Origin: Gemmata obscuriglobus | GTDB lineage: Bacteria > Planctomycetota > Planctomycetia > Gemmatales > Gemmataceae | Direction: 5' to 3' | DNA: 32,000 nucleotides | Assembly: GCF_008065095.1 (NCBI RefSeq) | Contig: NZ_CP042911.1 | Location: 7,590,001-7,622,000 of the forward strand | Shown: one piece after another, positions 7,255-15,319 of the stretch | How the letters are laid out: every line of letters starts with the position of its first letter | How positions within the stretch are numbered: position 1 is the stretch's first letter | Notes under the pieces: generated by a model | What the model was told of the DNA's origin: nothing | Databases searched by the model: none | Seen by the model: the letters and a program-made list of their open reading frames with translations, nothing else | Position numbers and translations under genes: made by a program

Positions 7255-7345
7255 GCCGAACCCGGCGCTGCACCTGACACCGCCCGCTGATCTGGGACGC
7301 ACCGCTCATCGTGTGATGGCGGTGCAGGTGAGCTTTCTGTTCGGC
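7255..7345 (+). repeat. attC-like site A9
   Basis: 91 nt, consensus arms. Confidence 0.85.
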
Positions 7346-7362
7346 CGCAGAGGGCATCGCGG

Positions 7363-7848
7363 ATGGGTGCGGTGGTGGACGAGGCCCGGAAGCTGCTCCC
7401 CAACCTCTCGCAGGACGACCTGGGGTGGTCCGGCACTGCGTTCGTGCCGTGCTGGGGTGCCGAGTTGGACATCCACCTCACCTGCCACGACGGGGTGATG
7501 GAGGCTCGGCAGGTCGAGACCGTCCGCGCGCTCCTCGGCCACACCGAGGACATCCGGCCGGGGTTCGAGCGGGCGCTGTTCGACTACTACCAAGAGGACG
7601 TGGACGGCACCTACTGTGCCTACGGGCCGGACGGGCCGATCCCCGGGTCCGGCCCGCCGAAACTGACCGAGCCGTCCCAGGTGTGGCCGCTCATCGACGG
7701 GCCGGAGGTGTACATCAAGTGGTTCGCCCGCACCCAGTCGGCGGTCGAGTTCGAGCTGAGCTTCAACTGCGAGTGGGATCGGGAGCACGGTCTCGGGGTC
7801 TTGTACCACGACTTCCGCCCCGTTGAGTTCGGTGGCTGGGACTTGTAG
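7363..7848 (+). CDS. hypothetical cassette protein (tentatively DUF6985-like immunity-type protein)
   Basis: Track ORF of 161 aa. ATG follows AGAGGGC. C-terminal ...FNCEWDREHGLGVLYHDFRPVEFGGWDL. Own stop. Confidence 0.6.
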   Translation: MGAVVDEARKLLPNLSQDDLGWSGTAFVPCWGAELDIHLTCHDGVMEARQVETVRALLGHTEDIRPGFERALFDYYQEDVDGTYCAYGPDGPIPGSGPPKLTEPSQVWPLIDGPEVYIKWFARTQSAVEFELSFNCEWDREHGLGVLYHDFRPVEFGGWDL

Positions 7849-7855
7849 CGCCGAG

Positions 7856-7946
7856 GCCGAACCAGGCGCTGCAGCAGACCCCGCCTCATAGGTTGTTTCT
7901 AACGCTCGGCTCCCTGAGGCGGGGCTGCTGAGCTTAGTCGTTCGGC
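7856..7946 (+). repeat. attC-like site A10 (arm variant 3)
   Basis: GCAGCAGACCCCGCCTCA...TGAGGCGGGGCTGCTGAGC. Fully compensated arm replacement. 91 nt. Confidence 0.8.
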
Positions 7947-8017
7947 CACAGAAGGGCACCCGGCGCGCCGCGCGAGGAGTTGTCGCCTGCGGCGTGGCAC
8001 GGTTCCTTGAGGTTTGA

Positions 8018-8323
8018 ATGAGCATCTACCAGCGATCGTTCGGAATCGTGCCGCTGTTCGCAGGCATCGCCCTGATTGCCTACACGATCAATACGAAGTT
8101 CGTCGCCCCAGACCCCGATGACCCGATGCCCTGGAGCATCTTCATCTTCCTGTGCTTTGTGAGCCTGTCCCTGTCCGGGTGGGGGCTGGCTTGGCTTCAG
8201 GGAGAGCGGTTGAGCAAGCCTGATGACGCCAACGGTGATCGCGTTCCGGATACATCGGCAGGCGGGAGCCGGTTGCCATCCGGCGAGGCCGACGGCCGCG
8301 CGCCGAAGCCGTGGCAGAAGTGA
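8018..8323 (+). CDS. small membrane protein (two hydrophobic helices)
   Basis: Track ORF of 101 aa. FGIVPLFAGIALIAYTI and WSIFIFLCFVSLSLSGWGLAWL. Visibly more A/T-rich than the surrounding DNA. Confidence 0.55.
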   Translation: MSIYQRSFGIVPLFAGIALIAYTINTKFVAPDPDDPMPWSIFIFLCFVSLSLSGWGLAWLQGERLSKPDDANGDRVPDTSAGGSRLPSGEADGRAPKPWQK

Positions 8324-8476
8324 TGAGCATACGCGCCGCGAATCCGCGGATCGTAGGTAGATCATCACGGCACTGGACCGCTGCAGAAGTGCGTGGTTCG
8401 TAGCCCGCGTCGCGGTGTGCGCGGTGGTAATTGGGCCTGTCTCGGGCAGTTCAGCCCGTCCGGTTTGTCAAGGCAC

Positions 8477-8566
8477 GCCGAACCCGGCGCTGCACCTGAC
8501 ACCGCCATCGGGTTTGGGACGCACCGCTCATCGGGGCGGGCGGTGCAGGTGAGCTATTTGTTCGGC
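8477..8566 (+). repeat. attC-like site A11
   Basis: 90 nt, consensus arms. Confidence 0.85.
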
Positions 8567-8582
8567 CACGGAGGGCGCCAGG

Positions 8583-9056
8583 GTGTATGTCGTAGCTTGT
8601 GCGGTCGTCGTACTGGTGGCGGTTCCGAACGTTCGCGAGAACCGGGAACTCGAAGAGCTGTGGGTACGAGAGGTGGCAACTCACTTCCTTGATGCCGCAC
8701 TTGCCGAGAACTTCAAGGAGGCACTTGCGTCGGCAACCGGCGAGTTTCGCCAGCGACTCAAGCAATCATCGAAGTTGTTTTACCCCGAGGACGAATTCTC
8801 TGGGCTTAAGCAGGTTATTTGGCCAGCAACCTGGAAGGCCGGACTTGCGGACGCGGGAGCATATCCCGTCGCCCGCCGCAGTCAACTGTCGCCTGCGGGG
8901 GACGAAGCACGGGTTACCGGTAAAATTCTGATCGGTCAGAGAGGCTCACGGAAGGCAATCGCACAGTTCAGCACCACACTGAACAAACAGACCGACGGAA
9001 AATGGCGTGTCAATGGGTTGACGGTCCAGACCTTTAAGACAACGGGAGCGCCGTAA
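8583..9056 (+). CDS. hypothetical exported or membrane-anchored protein
   Basis: Track ORF of 157 aa. GTG start after GGAGGGC. Hydrophobic N-terminus VYVVACAVVVLVAV. Lower GC than the flanks. Confidence 0.55.
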   Translation: MYVVACAVVVLVAVPNVRENRELEELWVREVATHFLDAALAENFKEALASATGEFRQRLKQSSKLFYPEDEFSGLKQVIWPATWKAGLADAGAYPVARRSQLSPAGDEARVTGKILIGQRGSRKAIAQFSTTLNKQTDGKWRVNGLTVQTFKTTGAP

Positions 9057-9196
9057 GGCCAACCGGTGAGGTGTCTGATCGCCCCGCGGCCGTGCGGTAA
9101 GATACGGGGGCCGCACTCATACCGACGTGTCGCGGTGGCTCTGCGGATGCGCGATGGTGGCGCGGGCTCCGCGGATGCGCCACGGTGGGCGCGGAA

Positions 9197-9313
9197 GCCG
9201 AACCCGGCGCTGCACCTGACACCGCCATGTAGTCTGTTTACCGCTGCTCCCCACGTTTTGGTTAGCCTTGGTAGCAATCCCGGCCGGGCAGGTGAGCTGT
9301 ATGTTCGTTCGGC
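9197..9313 (+). repeat. attC-like site A12 (long, imperfect 3' arm, duplicated core GTTCGTTCGGC)
   Basis: 117 nt. Consensus 5' arm; the 3' arm is CGGCCGGGCAGGTGAGC. Confidence 0.7.
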
Positions 9314-9340
9314 TACCAGATACCCCAAGGGGCGTAGCGC

Positions 9341-9829
9341 ATGAATCGCCTTTTGTACATTATAGCGGTTGGATTACTCGCCGCAGGTTGCAACAAGGGC
9401 AAGAATCACGAGCAGAAAGACTCCGCGCGCGAAATTAAAGCCGGCGAGTCGTTCGAGGACGAGGGGCTTGTGATCAGCGTGAAGGAGATCGCGAAGACAG
9501 ATTCCGGGCTCGTGCTGGCGATCAAGGTCGCGAACAGACACGCGGGCAAGGTCCATTACTTGCCGTCGTGGGATGAGCATCCTGAACCGGCTCGGATTAC
9601 CGACGAATACCGAAACGTCTTTTACGCAGCCGGCGCTCGTGACCATCCGCTGCGACCGCCGCTCAATCGCCAGTGGTACGGGACGTTCTCCGGCAACCGG
9701 ATCGATCCCAACAAAAGTGGAGACCTCTTTATTCCCCTTGATGATATTCCGCCATCGAGCAAGCGGTTGCGTGTCGAGTTGCCCTACGGAGGACGCACGC
9801 TGGTATTCGTTGATGTGCCGAGGCGTTAG
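9341..9829 (+). CDS. lipoprotein (signal peptide with lipobox LLAAGC)
   Basis: Track ORF of 162 aa. MNRLLYIIAVGLLAAGCNKG. Clearly lower GC than the window average. Confidence 0.65.
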   Translation: MNRLLYIIAVGLLAAGCNKGKNHEQKDSAREIKAGESFEDEGLVISVKEIAKTDSGLVLAIKVANRHAGKVHYLPSWDEHPEPARITDEYRNVFYAAGARDHPLRPPLNRQWYGTFSGNRIDPNKSGDLFIPLDDIPPSSKRLRVELPYGGRTLVFVDVPRR

Positions 9830-9892
9830 TAGCGCTTAGACGCTGAGCTAGGAGTGTGTCGATATTACGGGTTGCACACGCACAGCCCGAGG

Positions 9893-9922
9893 GCAGAACC
9901 CGGCGCTGCACCTGGCACCGCC
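9893..9922 (+). repeat. terminal half attC (R''-L'' arm only)
   Basis: GCAGAACCCGGCGCTGCACCTGGCACCGCC with no 3' arm. It ends 23 nt from the stop of the TerL C-terminal fragment. Confidence 0.6.
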
Positions 9923-9945
9923 GTCTGAACCTTCTCCCCTTGCCC

Positions 9946-10671
9946 TCACAACCCGTTCCCGCTGGCGAACACACCGGCGGGCGCCCCGCCGATCGCGCTC
10001 GCGTCTCGCTCGTCGGGCACGCCGATTCCGGCCGCGTCCCCGCCCCCGCTGTGCTCCGCCAGCCAGCAGCACAGCGCAACGGCCATCACGATGTCGTCGT
10101 GCTGGCTCTGCTCGGCCCCGAAGGTCACGTTCTTCGACTTGGTGACGTGCTCGCGGAACGCTTGCAGCTCCTTCTCGAACCGCCCGATCAGGGGCAGCGC
10201 CCCCCGGGTGTTTGGGGCCTGCCACTTGAGCAGCTCGTTCTCCAGCAGCACGACCAGCGTGGAGACCAGCTCCTTCTTGGGAACGTGCCAGGAGCGGTCC
10301 TTGGTCTCGTCGGGAGTGCTGATCGAGTGCCCGGCGGTGATGCACACGGGGTGCAACCGGGCCTTCACCCGGGCCGCCATGACCTGCTCGATCACCGCCA
10401 TGCCGACGCCGGTGTAGTCCGCCGCGAGCGTCGTCCACGTCAGCGCCGGCTGCTCGTACAGCGCCTTCACGTCGCCGATCACGGACCGCTCGCCGGGCCG
10501 GGTCGCGGTGTACCGCGTGCCCAGGTCCCAGCTCTGCAGCCACCGGACGGAGTACGAGAACCGCCGCTTCGCGACGGGCTTGTCGAGCTTGCGGCGCCCG
10601 ACCGTGGCCAGGACGCTGAAGTCCGCGGCCTTGCCCAGGTCGAGGCCGCTGAACAGCTTCTCGGGGTTCAC
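9946..10671 (-). CDS. terminase large subunit, C-terminal RNase H-like nuclease domain only (split gene)
   Basis: In frame with track ORF 9946-10731. A GTG at 10671 overlaps the upstream stop (GTGA). VNPEKLFSGLDLGKAADFSVLATV...DYTGVGMAVIE...QHDDIVMAVALCCW matches the TerL nuclease Asp motifs. No ATPase domain lies upstream in frame. Confidence 0.8.
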   Translation of the reverse strand: MNPEKLFSGLDLGKAADFSVLATVGRRKLDKPVAKRRFSYSVRWLQSWDLGTRYTATRPGERSVIGDVKALYEQPALTWTTLAADYTGVGMAVIEQVMAARVKARLHPVCITAGHSISTPDETKDRSWHVPKKELVSTLVVLLENELLKWQAPNTRGALPLIGRFEKELQAFREHVTKSKNVTFGAEQSQHDDIVMAVALCCWLAEHSGGGDAAGIGVPDERDASAIGGAPAGVFASGNGL

Positions 10672-10778
10672 TCCCACAGCCCGCCCCTCGGGATCACGTC
10701 GTAATCGTGCCGGCCGTCGTCGCGGCCCCACGGGTCCGCCCGCCGGTCCGGGTCGGACGTGGGCGGATTCGGGTTCAC
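10668..10778 (-). CDS. possible 36-aa ORF bridging two GTGA overlaps
   Basis: VNPNPPTSDPDRRADPWGRDDGRHDYDVIPRGGLWE. Its start overlaps the stop of 10775-11179, and its stop overlaps the TerL-C start. Confidence 0.25.
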   Translation of the reverse strand: MNPNPPTSDPDRRADPWGRDDGRHDYDVIPRGGLWE

Positions 10779-11179
10779 GACCGCGCCGCCAGCTGCTTCG
10801 CGAGTGCCTCGGTCTTGGCGGCCTGGCCCTGCTGGTACGGCATCCAGGTGCAGTACGCCCCGCCGCCCGGAGGCACGCTGCCCGCGGAGAGCAGCGGCAC
10901 CGACGTGGGCGGGTTCGGGACCGGGTTGCCGCTCGCGTCGAAGACCGCGAGGTTCACCACCGTGTCGCTCCACACGTGGGCGACGAGCGCCGGCAGCGGC
11001 TGATCGCTCGGCAACCGGCCCGCCGGGAAGAACCACACCACCCGGCCCACGGTCGGCGTGATGACGGGCGGGGGCGTGAAGGTGCTCGGGGACGGCACCG
11101 CGCCGTCGAGGCGCGAGCGCACGAACAGGCACGCGGCACGTTTCAGCACGGCCAGGAGGATCGCTTTCAGGTTCGGCAC
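10775..11179 (-). CDS. hypothetical phage protein (134 aa)
   Basis: GTG at 11179, in frame with track ORF 10775-11593 (the remainder of that ORF is array leader). ...GRVVWFFPAGRLPSDQPLPALVAHVWSDTVVNLAVFDASGNPV... G/C-rich third positions. The start is uncertain. Confidence 0.5.
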   Translation of the reverse strand: MPNLKAILLAVLKRAACLFVRSRLDGAVPSPSTFTPPPVITPTVGRVVWFFPAGRLPSDQPLPALVAHVWSDTVVNLAVFDASGNPVPNPPTSVPLLSAGSVPPGGGAYCTWMPYQQGQAAKTEALAKQLAARS

Positions 11180-11248
11180 GGTCGAGGCCCTCGGCGGACG
11201 GAGCGGAGGTGCGGGCGCCCGCACCTGACGAGCCCAGTGTGCGAGAAG

Positions 11249-11265
11249 GGGTTGCCCGGATGAAA
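11249..11265 (-). promoter_or_regulatory. conserved 17-nt motif GGGTTGCCCGGATGAAA (copy 2 of 3)
   Basis: Identical 17-mer, upstream (minus sense) of the start at 11179. Confidence 0.4.
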
Positions 11266-11342
11266 TTGCGAGCGGCGCGACGGCTGAGATGCCGGCGGAA
11301 CGAGACGGACGAACGGGCGCGCGGGCACTCGACCGAAAAGAA

Positions 11343-11513
11343 ATGAGGGTCTTGAGCGCAGGCGACGACGTGGGTACACTTCTGAGCGTGTCGGCTCGGA
11401 CGGCGCGGAAGAACGCGTCGGCTCGCACAAGCGGGGCAATTGTTACCGGGCGAAGTATCGAAGTGCTCTTCCCGTTCGCGCGAGCCGTTACCGTGTTATT
11501 GTGCGAGCCGTGA
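11343..11513 (+). CDS. candidate 56-aa leader ORF, copy B
   Basis: Same frame and length as 2987-3157. Four replacements in the N-terminal half and six synonymous changes in the C-terminal half. Confidence 0.35.
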   Translation: MRVLSAGDDVGTLLSVSARTARKNASARTSGAIVTGRSIEVLFPFARAVTVLLCEP

Positions 11514-11688
11514 AGGGCGAGTCGAAGTTTCGCACGGGCCGTTACCGTGTTATTGCGCATATTGTGAAGATGCCCTTCACACGGTAACGACAAGCCCGGT
11601 CAGGAGTTCGGTCCCCGGCGCGCGGTGCACCGGGTGAAATAGTCCCGTGTTATTGTGCGAAGCCTCGCACACTAAACACTGGTTCGGC

Positions 11689-12048
11689 CACCTTCGCGTT
11701 CTGGATCGCGCGTGCGGTGGTGGGCGTGTGGTCCGCGAAGGTGACGCCCACGCGTCGGTGGTGGCTCCGCGTGGTGCCGGTCGGGGCGGGCGCGGCTCGT
11801 CGCCGCGAGGTGTGGTTGGGCGTGGCCGGGGTGCGGGTGGGGACACGGCGGTTCGGGTCGGTGGTGCTCCGCGTGGCGCGCGTCAGGGCGGGCGCGGCTC
11901 GTCGCCGCGAGGTGCGGTGATGGGTGGCCACCGGTGGGCCGCGACACGGCGATTCGAGTCGGTGGGGCTCCGCTCGGCCGCACCGGTGCCGCGGGTTCCG
12001 CGGATGCGCCAAGCTCGGCGTGTCGCCCGGAACCGCGGAGGCGAGCGA
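11689..12048 (+). other. non-coding cassette NC-B1 (2 modules, tail type 2)
   Basis: Anchors at 11790 and 11892 (spacing 102). Confidence 0.7.
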
Positions 12049-12138
12049 GCCGAACCCGGCGCTGCACCTGACACCGCCATCAGCCGCCGTTGTGTCGCTC
12101 ACTCCATCCTGGCGGTGCAGGTGAGCTTTCTGTTCGGC
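12049..12138 (+). repeat. attC-like site B1
   Basis: 90 nt, consensus arms. Confidence 0.85.
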
Positions 12139-12490
12139 CACCCGAGCGTGCTGGAGCGCCCGTGCGGCGGTGTGCGTGTGGCCCGCGTGGGTGAACCCCG
12201 CGGGTCGGGCTCCGCGTGGTGCCGGTCGGGTCTGGCGCGGCTCGCCGCCGCGAGGTGCGGTGGGCGTGGCCCGGTGTGGGTGGGGACACGGCGGGTCGGA
12301 TCGGTGGTGTTCCGCGTGGTGCCCGTGGGTGGCCGGCGCGGCTCATCGCCGCGAGGTGCGGTTGGTGCCGGCCTCCGATGGGCCGCGACACGGCGCATCG
12401 GGTCGGTAGCGCTCCGCCCGGTCGCACCGGTGGCCCGGGCATCCGCAGATGCGCGGCACTGAGCGCGCCCGGAACCGCCGAGGGCATCGA
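12139..12490 (+). other. non-coding cassette NC-B2 (2 modules, tail type 2)
   Basis: Anchors at 12235 and 12336 (spacing 101). Confidence 0.7.
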
Positions 12491-12580
12491 GCCGAACCCG
12501 GCGCTGCACCTGACACCGCCATCGGCCACCGTTGCGATGCTCACTGTATGATGGCGGTGCAGGTGAGCTCATTGTTCGGC
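12491..12580 (+). repeat. attC-like site B2
   Basis: 90 nt, consensus arms. Confidence 0.85.
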
Positions 12581-12654
12581 CACAAACGCCGAGTCGCATC
12601 CAGTGTTCTTCCCATGTCACCCGTTGTTCTCCTGTATCTTCGGAGGCCGAAACC

Positions 12655-13161
12655 GTGAACGCACGATCCATCTTGGCCGTCTTGGCGCTGCTCCTGCTCA
12701 TCAGTTCTGAGGCGAACGCCCAGACAGCCGAAGCGATTGAGAAGATCGATCGGCAGCTCACCCTGAAGCGGCTGGAGGGAATCTGGGTGCCGGACCTCCT
12801 GATGACCCCGCAAGGTGCGGAAGCGTATCCGCTCGCCGGGCGGTCGCTGGCCCTGCTCGATGGGGATAAATTCATCCGACTTGAGGGAAAGCGGAACGTC
12901 GCGTCCGGTACGTTTAAGGTCGAGGACGGATTCCTGCGGCTGACGGTCGAAGACCGCAACCCGTGGGACTTGGAGACATCCGACACGAAGCAGAAGGTGC
13001 AGTACGCATTCAAGGTCGAAGGAGACGTGCTTACGCTTTGCTACTCTGTCGGTGATAAAGGCAAGGCGGGTGACTTGAGCCCCGGGGAAGGGCGGCAGGT
13101 GGTGGTGTATAAGCGTCAGCGCGACGGCGCTCGGGACAGGACCAAGCAACCGCGGCGCTGA
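12655..13161 (+). CDS. secreted TIGR03067-like (planctomycete lipocalin-like) domain protein
   Basis: GTG at 12655, 9 nt after GGAGG, in frame with track ORF 12532-13161. Signal peptide VNARSILAVLALLLLISSEANA. LKRLEGIW...DGDKFIRLEG...GTFKV...YAFKVEGDVLTLCY...VVVYKRQ. Confidence 0.7.
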   Translation: MNARSILAVLALLLLISSEANAQTAEAIEKIDRQLTLKRLEGIWVPDLLMTPQGAEAYPLAGRSLALLDGDKFIRLEGKRNVASGTFKVEDGFLRLTVEDRNPWDLETSDTKQKVQYAFKVEGDVLTLCYSVGDKGKAGDLSPGEGRQVVVYKRQRDGARDRTKQPRR

Positions 13162-13164
13162 CAG

Positions 13165-13277
13165 GCCGAACCAGGCGCTGCACCTGACCCGGCCGCGCGC
13201 TTTGTTTTGTAGTGCTTCCTGCACGTCTCTGTCGGTGACGGGTGTCGCCAGCCGGTCAGGTGAGCTTATTGTTCGGC
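13165..13277 (+). repeat. attC-like site B3 (arm variant, long loop)
   Basis: 113 nt. CACCTGACCCGGC...GCCGGTCAGGTG. Confidence 0.8.
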
Positions 13278-13333
13278 ACCAAAGGCACCCGGAGGTGCTC
13301 GTGGCGGTCGTCACTATCGCTGAGGCGGCGGGT

Positions 13334-13711
13334 ATGTCGCTGTCGCTGTCGCCCGACCCAGACCTGCCGGGCGTACTGGTGGCGTGGCTCCGCGGAACGG
13401 CGTTCGAGGCCGCCGTGTCCGTTGATCCCGACGCCGAGCCCGCCTTCCCTGGGATGGGACAGCTCGGCGACTTCCTCATATCGGCGGCGGGTGTCGCCGC
13501 CGGCCGCGAGCGGCAGTGGACGGCGAGCGGGGAGGACTTTACCCTACGGGCCGAGGCCGGGGACGACGGCCGGGTGCTGCTCGGCGTGTACATGGGCTCG
13601 ACCTCCGACGACGCCTGCTGCTGGCAAACGGACGCCACGCTGAGCGTCGTGCGGGCGGAGTTGCGGCGTGCCGGGGCGGCGCTGGCTGAGTGGAGCCAAG
13701 CAGAGTCCTAA
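13334..13711 (+). CDS. hypothetical cassette protein
   Basis: ATG at 13334, in frame with track ORF 13202-13711. In-frame GTGs at 13295 and 13301 are alternative starts. Own stop. Confidence 0.5.
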   Translation: MSLSLSPDPDLPGVLVAWLRGTAFEAAVSVDPDAEPAFPGMGQLGDFLISAAGVAAGRERQWTASGEDFTLRAEAGDDGRVLLGVYMGSTSDDACCWQTDATLSVVRAELRRAGAALAEWSQAES

Positions 13712-13799
13712 CCCGGCGTAACGTTGACCGGCGGTGTCGCTTGCCTCATTTGGCGGCTCTGCTGACGGGGCGCGGCCGATTCAGTCCCGAGCAAGGCGA

Positions 13800-13890
13800 G
13801 CCGAACCCGGCGCTGCACCTGACACCGCCATCTGATTCGGAACGCACCGCTCATCCGGTGATGGCGGTGCAGGTGAGCTGTATGTTCGGC
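13800..13890 (+). repeat. attC-like site B4
   Basis: 91 nt, consensus arms. Confidence 0.85.
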
Positions 13891-14225
13891 AACCATCGCG
13901 TGCATGAGGGCGCGTGCGGCGGTGTGCGTGTGGTCCGCGAAGGTGACGCCCGCGTGTGGTGCTCCGCGTGGTGCCCGTGGGTGTGTGGCGCGGCTCGCCG
14001 CCGCGAGGTGCGGTTGGGCGTGGCCGGTGATGCGTGGGGACACGGTGGTGCGTGTCGGTGGTGCTCCACGGGGCGCCCGCCGGTGGTCGGCGCGGCTCAT
14101 CGCCGCGGGTGTCGGTGGTGGGTGGCCTCCGGCGTGCCGCGACACGGCGCGTGGGGTCGGTGGTGGCTCCGCTCGCACGCACCGGTGGGCGGGCTCCCGC
14201 GGATGCGCGGCGCGGACGTGAGCGA
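13891..14225 (+). other. non-coding cassette NC-B3 (2 modules)
   Basis: Anchors at 13988 and 14090 (spacing 102). Confidence 0.7.
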
Positions 14226-14316
14226 GCCGAACCCGGCGCTGCACCTGACACCGCCCGCTGATCCGGGGCGCATCGCTCATCGTGTGATGGCGGTGCAGGT
14301 GAGCTTTATGTTCGGC
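14226..14316 (+). repeat. attC-like site B5
   Basis: 91 nt, consensus arms. Confidence 0.85.
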
Positions 14317-14333
14317 AAGAGAGGGCTTAGGCG

Positions 14334-14774
14334 GTGGCAGACCTGTGGCGGGACTGGCCCCACCGATGGTTCGGCTTCTTCTGCTGGGAGTCCACGCAGG
14401 ACGATGTGTTCCCGTCCCTCGGTCGTCTCCTCGATGCGTCCTGGCAGGTGGCGGACCGAGCGGAACTGCTGGAGTACCTGCGGCAGACGCCGGTGTGCTG
14501 GTCCACGCAGCCGAGCTACTGCCCATGTTCGCTGTGCGGCGAGTCGCTGACCGACAATGCGACCTGGCGGTGGGATGGGGAGTGGCTCTGGCCGCACACG
14601 CTGGCGCACTACGTCGAGCGGCACGGGCTGCGGTTGCCCGACGCGCTCGTCGCCCGGATCCGCGGCCGGGGGCATGTGCCGCCGCAGCTCCGAGCTTGCG
14701 ACTTGGACGCAGCGTGGCGGGTCAACGCCACTATCGACGAGGTCGCGGCCGGGCGGGAGCCGCCTGCCGAGTAA
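14334..14774 (+). CDS. hypothetical cassette protein (Cys-containing; WLWPHTLAHYVERHGLRLPD motif)
   Basis: Track ORF of 146 aa. GTG start after AGAGAGGGC. Own stop. Confidence 0.55.
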   Translation: MADLWRDWPHRWFGFFCWESTQDDVFPSLGRLLDASWQVADRAELLEYLRQTPVCWSTQPSYCPCSLCGESLTDNATWRWDGEWLWPHTLAHYVERHGLRLPDALVARIRGRGHVPPQLRACDLDAAWRVNATIDEVAAGREPPAE

Positions 14775-14780
14775 AGGCCC

Positions 14781-14870
14781 GCCGAACCCGGCGCTGCACC
14801 GGACCGCTGTAAACTACGCACTCGGTAGACCGTGTCGCGGCGTGCGCGGCCGGTGAGCTATTTGTTCGGC
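14781..14870 (+). repeat. attC-like site B6 (arm variant 2)
   Basis: GCACCGGACCGC...GCGGCCGGTGAGC. 90 nt. Confidence 0.8.
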
Positions 14871-15228
14871 ACCCAGAGGTCGCTTGATCGCGCGTGCGGC
14901 GGCGGTGAGCGTGTGGTCCGCGTGGGTGAACCCCGCGTGTCGGGCTTCGCGTGGTGCCAATCGGGGCGGGCGCGGCTCGTCGCCGCGAGGTGCGGTTGGG
15001 CGTGGCCGGATGCGGGTGGGGACACGACGGGTCGGCTCGGTGGTGCTCCGCGTGTGGCCCGTGGGTGGCGGGCGCGGCTCACCGCCGCGAGTTGCGGTGG
15101 TGGGTGGTCTCCGGCGTGCCGCGACACGGCGCGCGGGGTCGGTGGTGCTCCGCCCGCCCGCATCGGTGGCACGGGCTCCGCGGAGGCGCGGCGCTCGGCG
15201 TGTCGCCCCGAACCGCGGTGGTAAGCGA
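14871..15228 (+). other. non-coding cassette NC-B4 (2 modules, tail type 2)
   Basis: Anchors at 14970 and 15072 (spacing 102). Confidence 0.7.
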
Positions 15229-15319
15229 GCCGAACCCGGCGCTGCACCTGACACCGCCCGCTAGTCTGGGACGCATCGCTGACGGTATGATGGCGGTGCA
15301 GGTGAGCTGTTCGTTCGGC
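15229..15319 (+). repeat. attC-like site B7
   Basis: 91 nt, consensus arms. Confidence 0.85.

Larger units (their letters stand above)
2881..9922 (+). mobile_element. integron-type cassette array A (leader, 12 complete attC-like sites, decayed sites, terminal half site); no integrase seen
   Basis: attC consensus: GCCGAAC CCGGC GCT-G-CACCTG-A-CACCGCC [loop] GGCGGTG CAGGTG AGC N5 GTTCGGC. One ORF or one non-coding unit lies between consecutive sites, all in the same orientation. Confidence 0.85.
11237..11688 (+). other. array leader copy B (attI-like region)
   Basis: Homologous to 2881-3334 with one 1-nt indel (GAAGGGGCGAG versus GAAGGGCGAG). Ends in GGTTCGGC at 11682-11688. Confidence 0.7.

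Noticed and set aside
11171-11177. GTTCGGC heptamer inside the start region of the 134-aa gene.
   Set aside because: It is an isolated core with no partner arm or fold. It is most likely a chance occurrence in coding sequence (…AAC CTG AAA… on the minus strand).
9848-11263. ORFs 9848-10543 (-), 9856-10704 (+), 10508-11263 (+) and 10668-11132 (-, apart from its last 36 codons).
   Set aside because: These are alternative frames of the TerL nuclease fragment and the 134-aa gene, with low-complexity Arg/Gly-rich translations.
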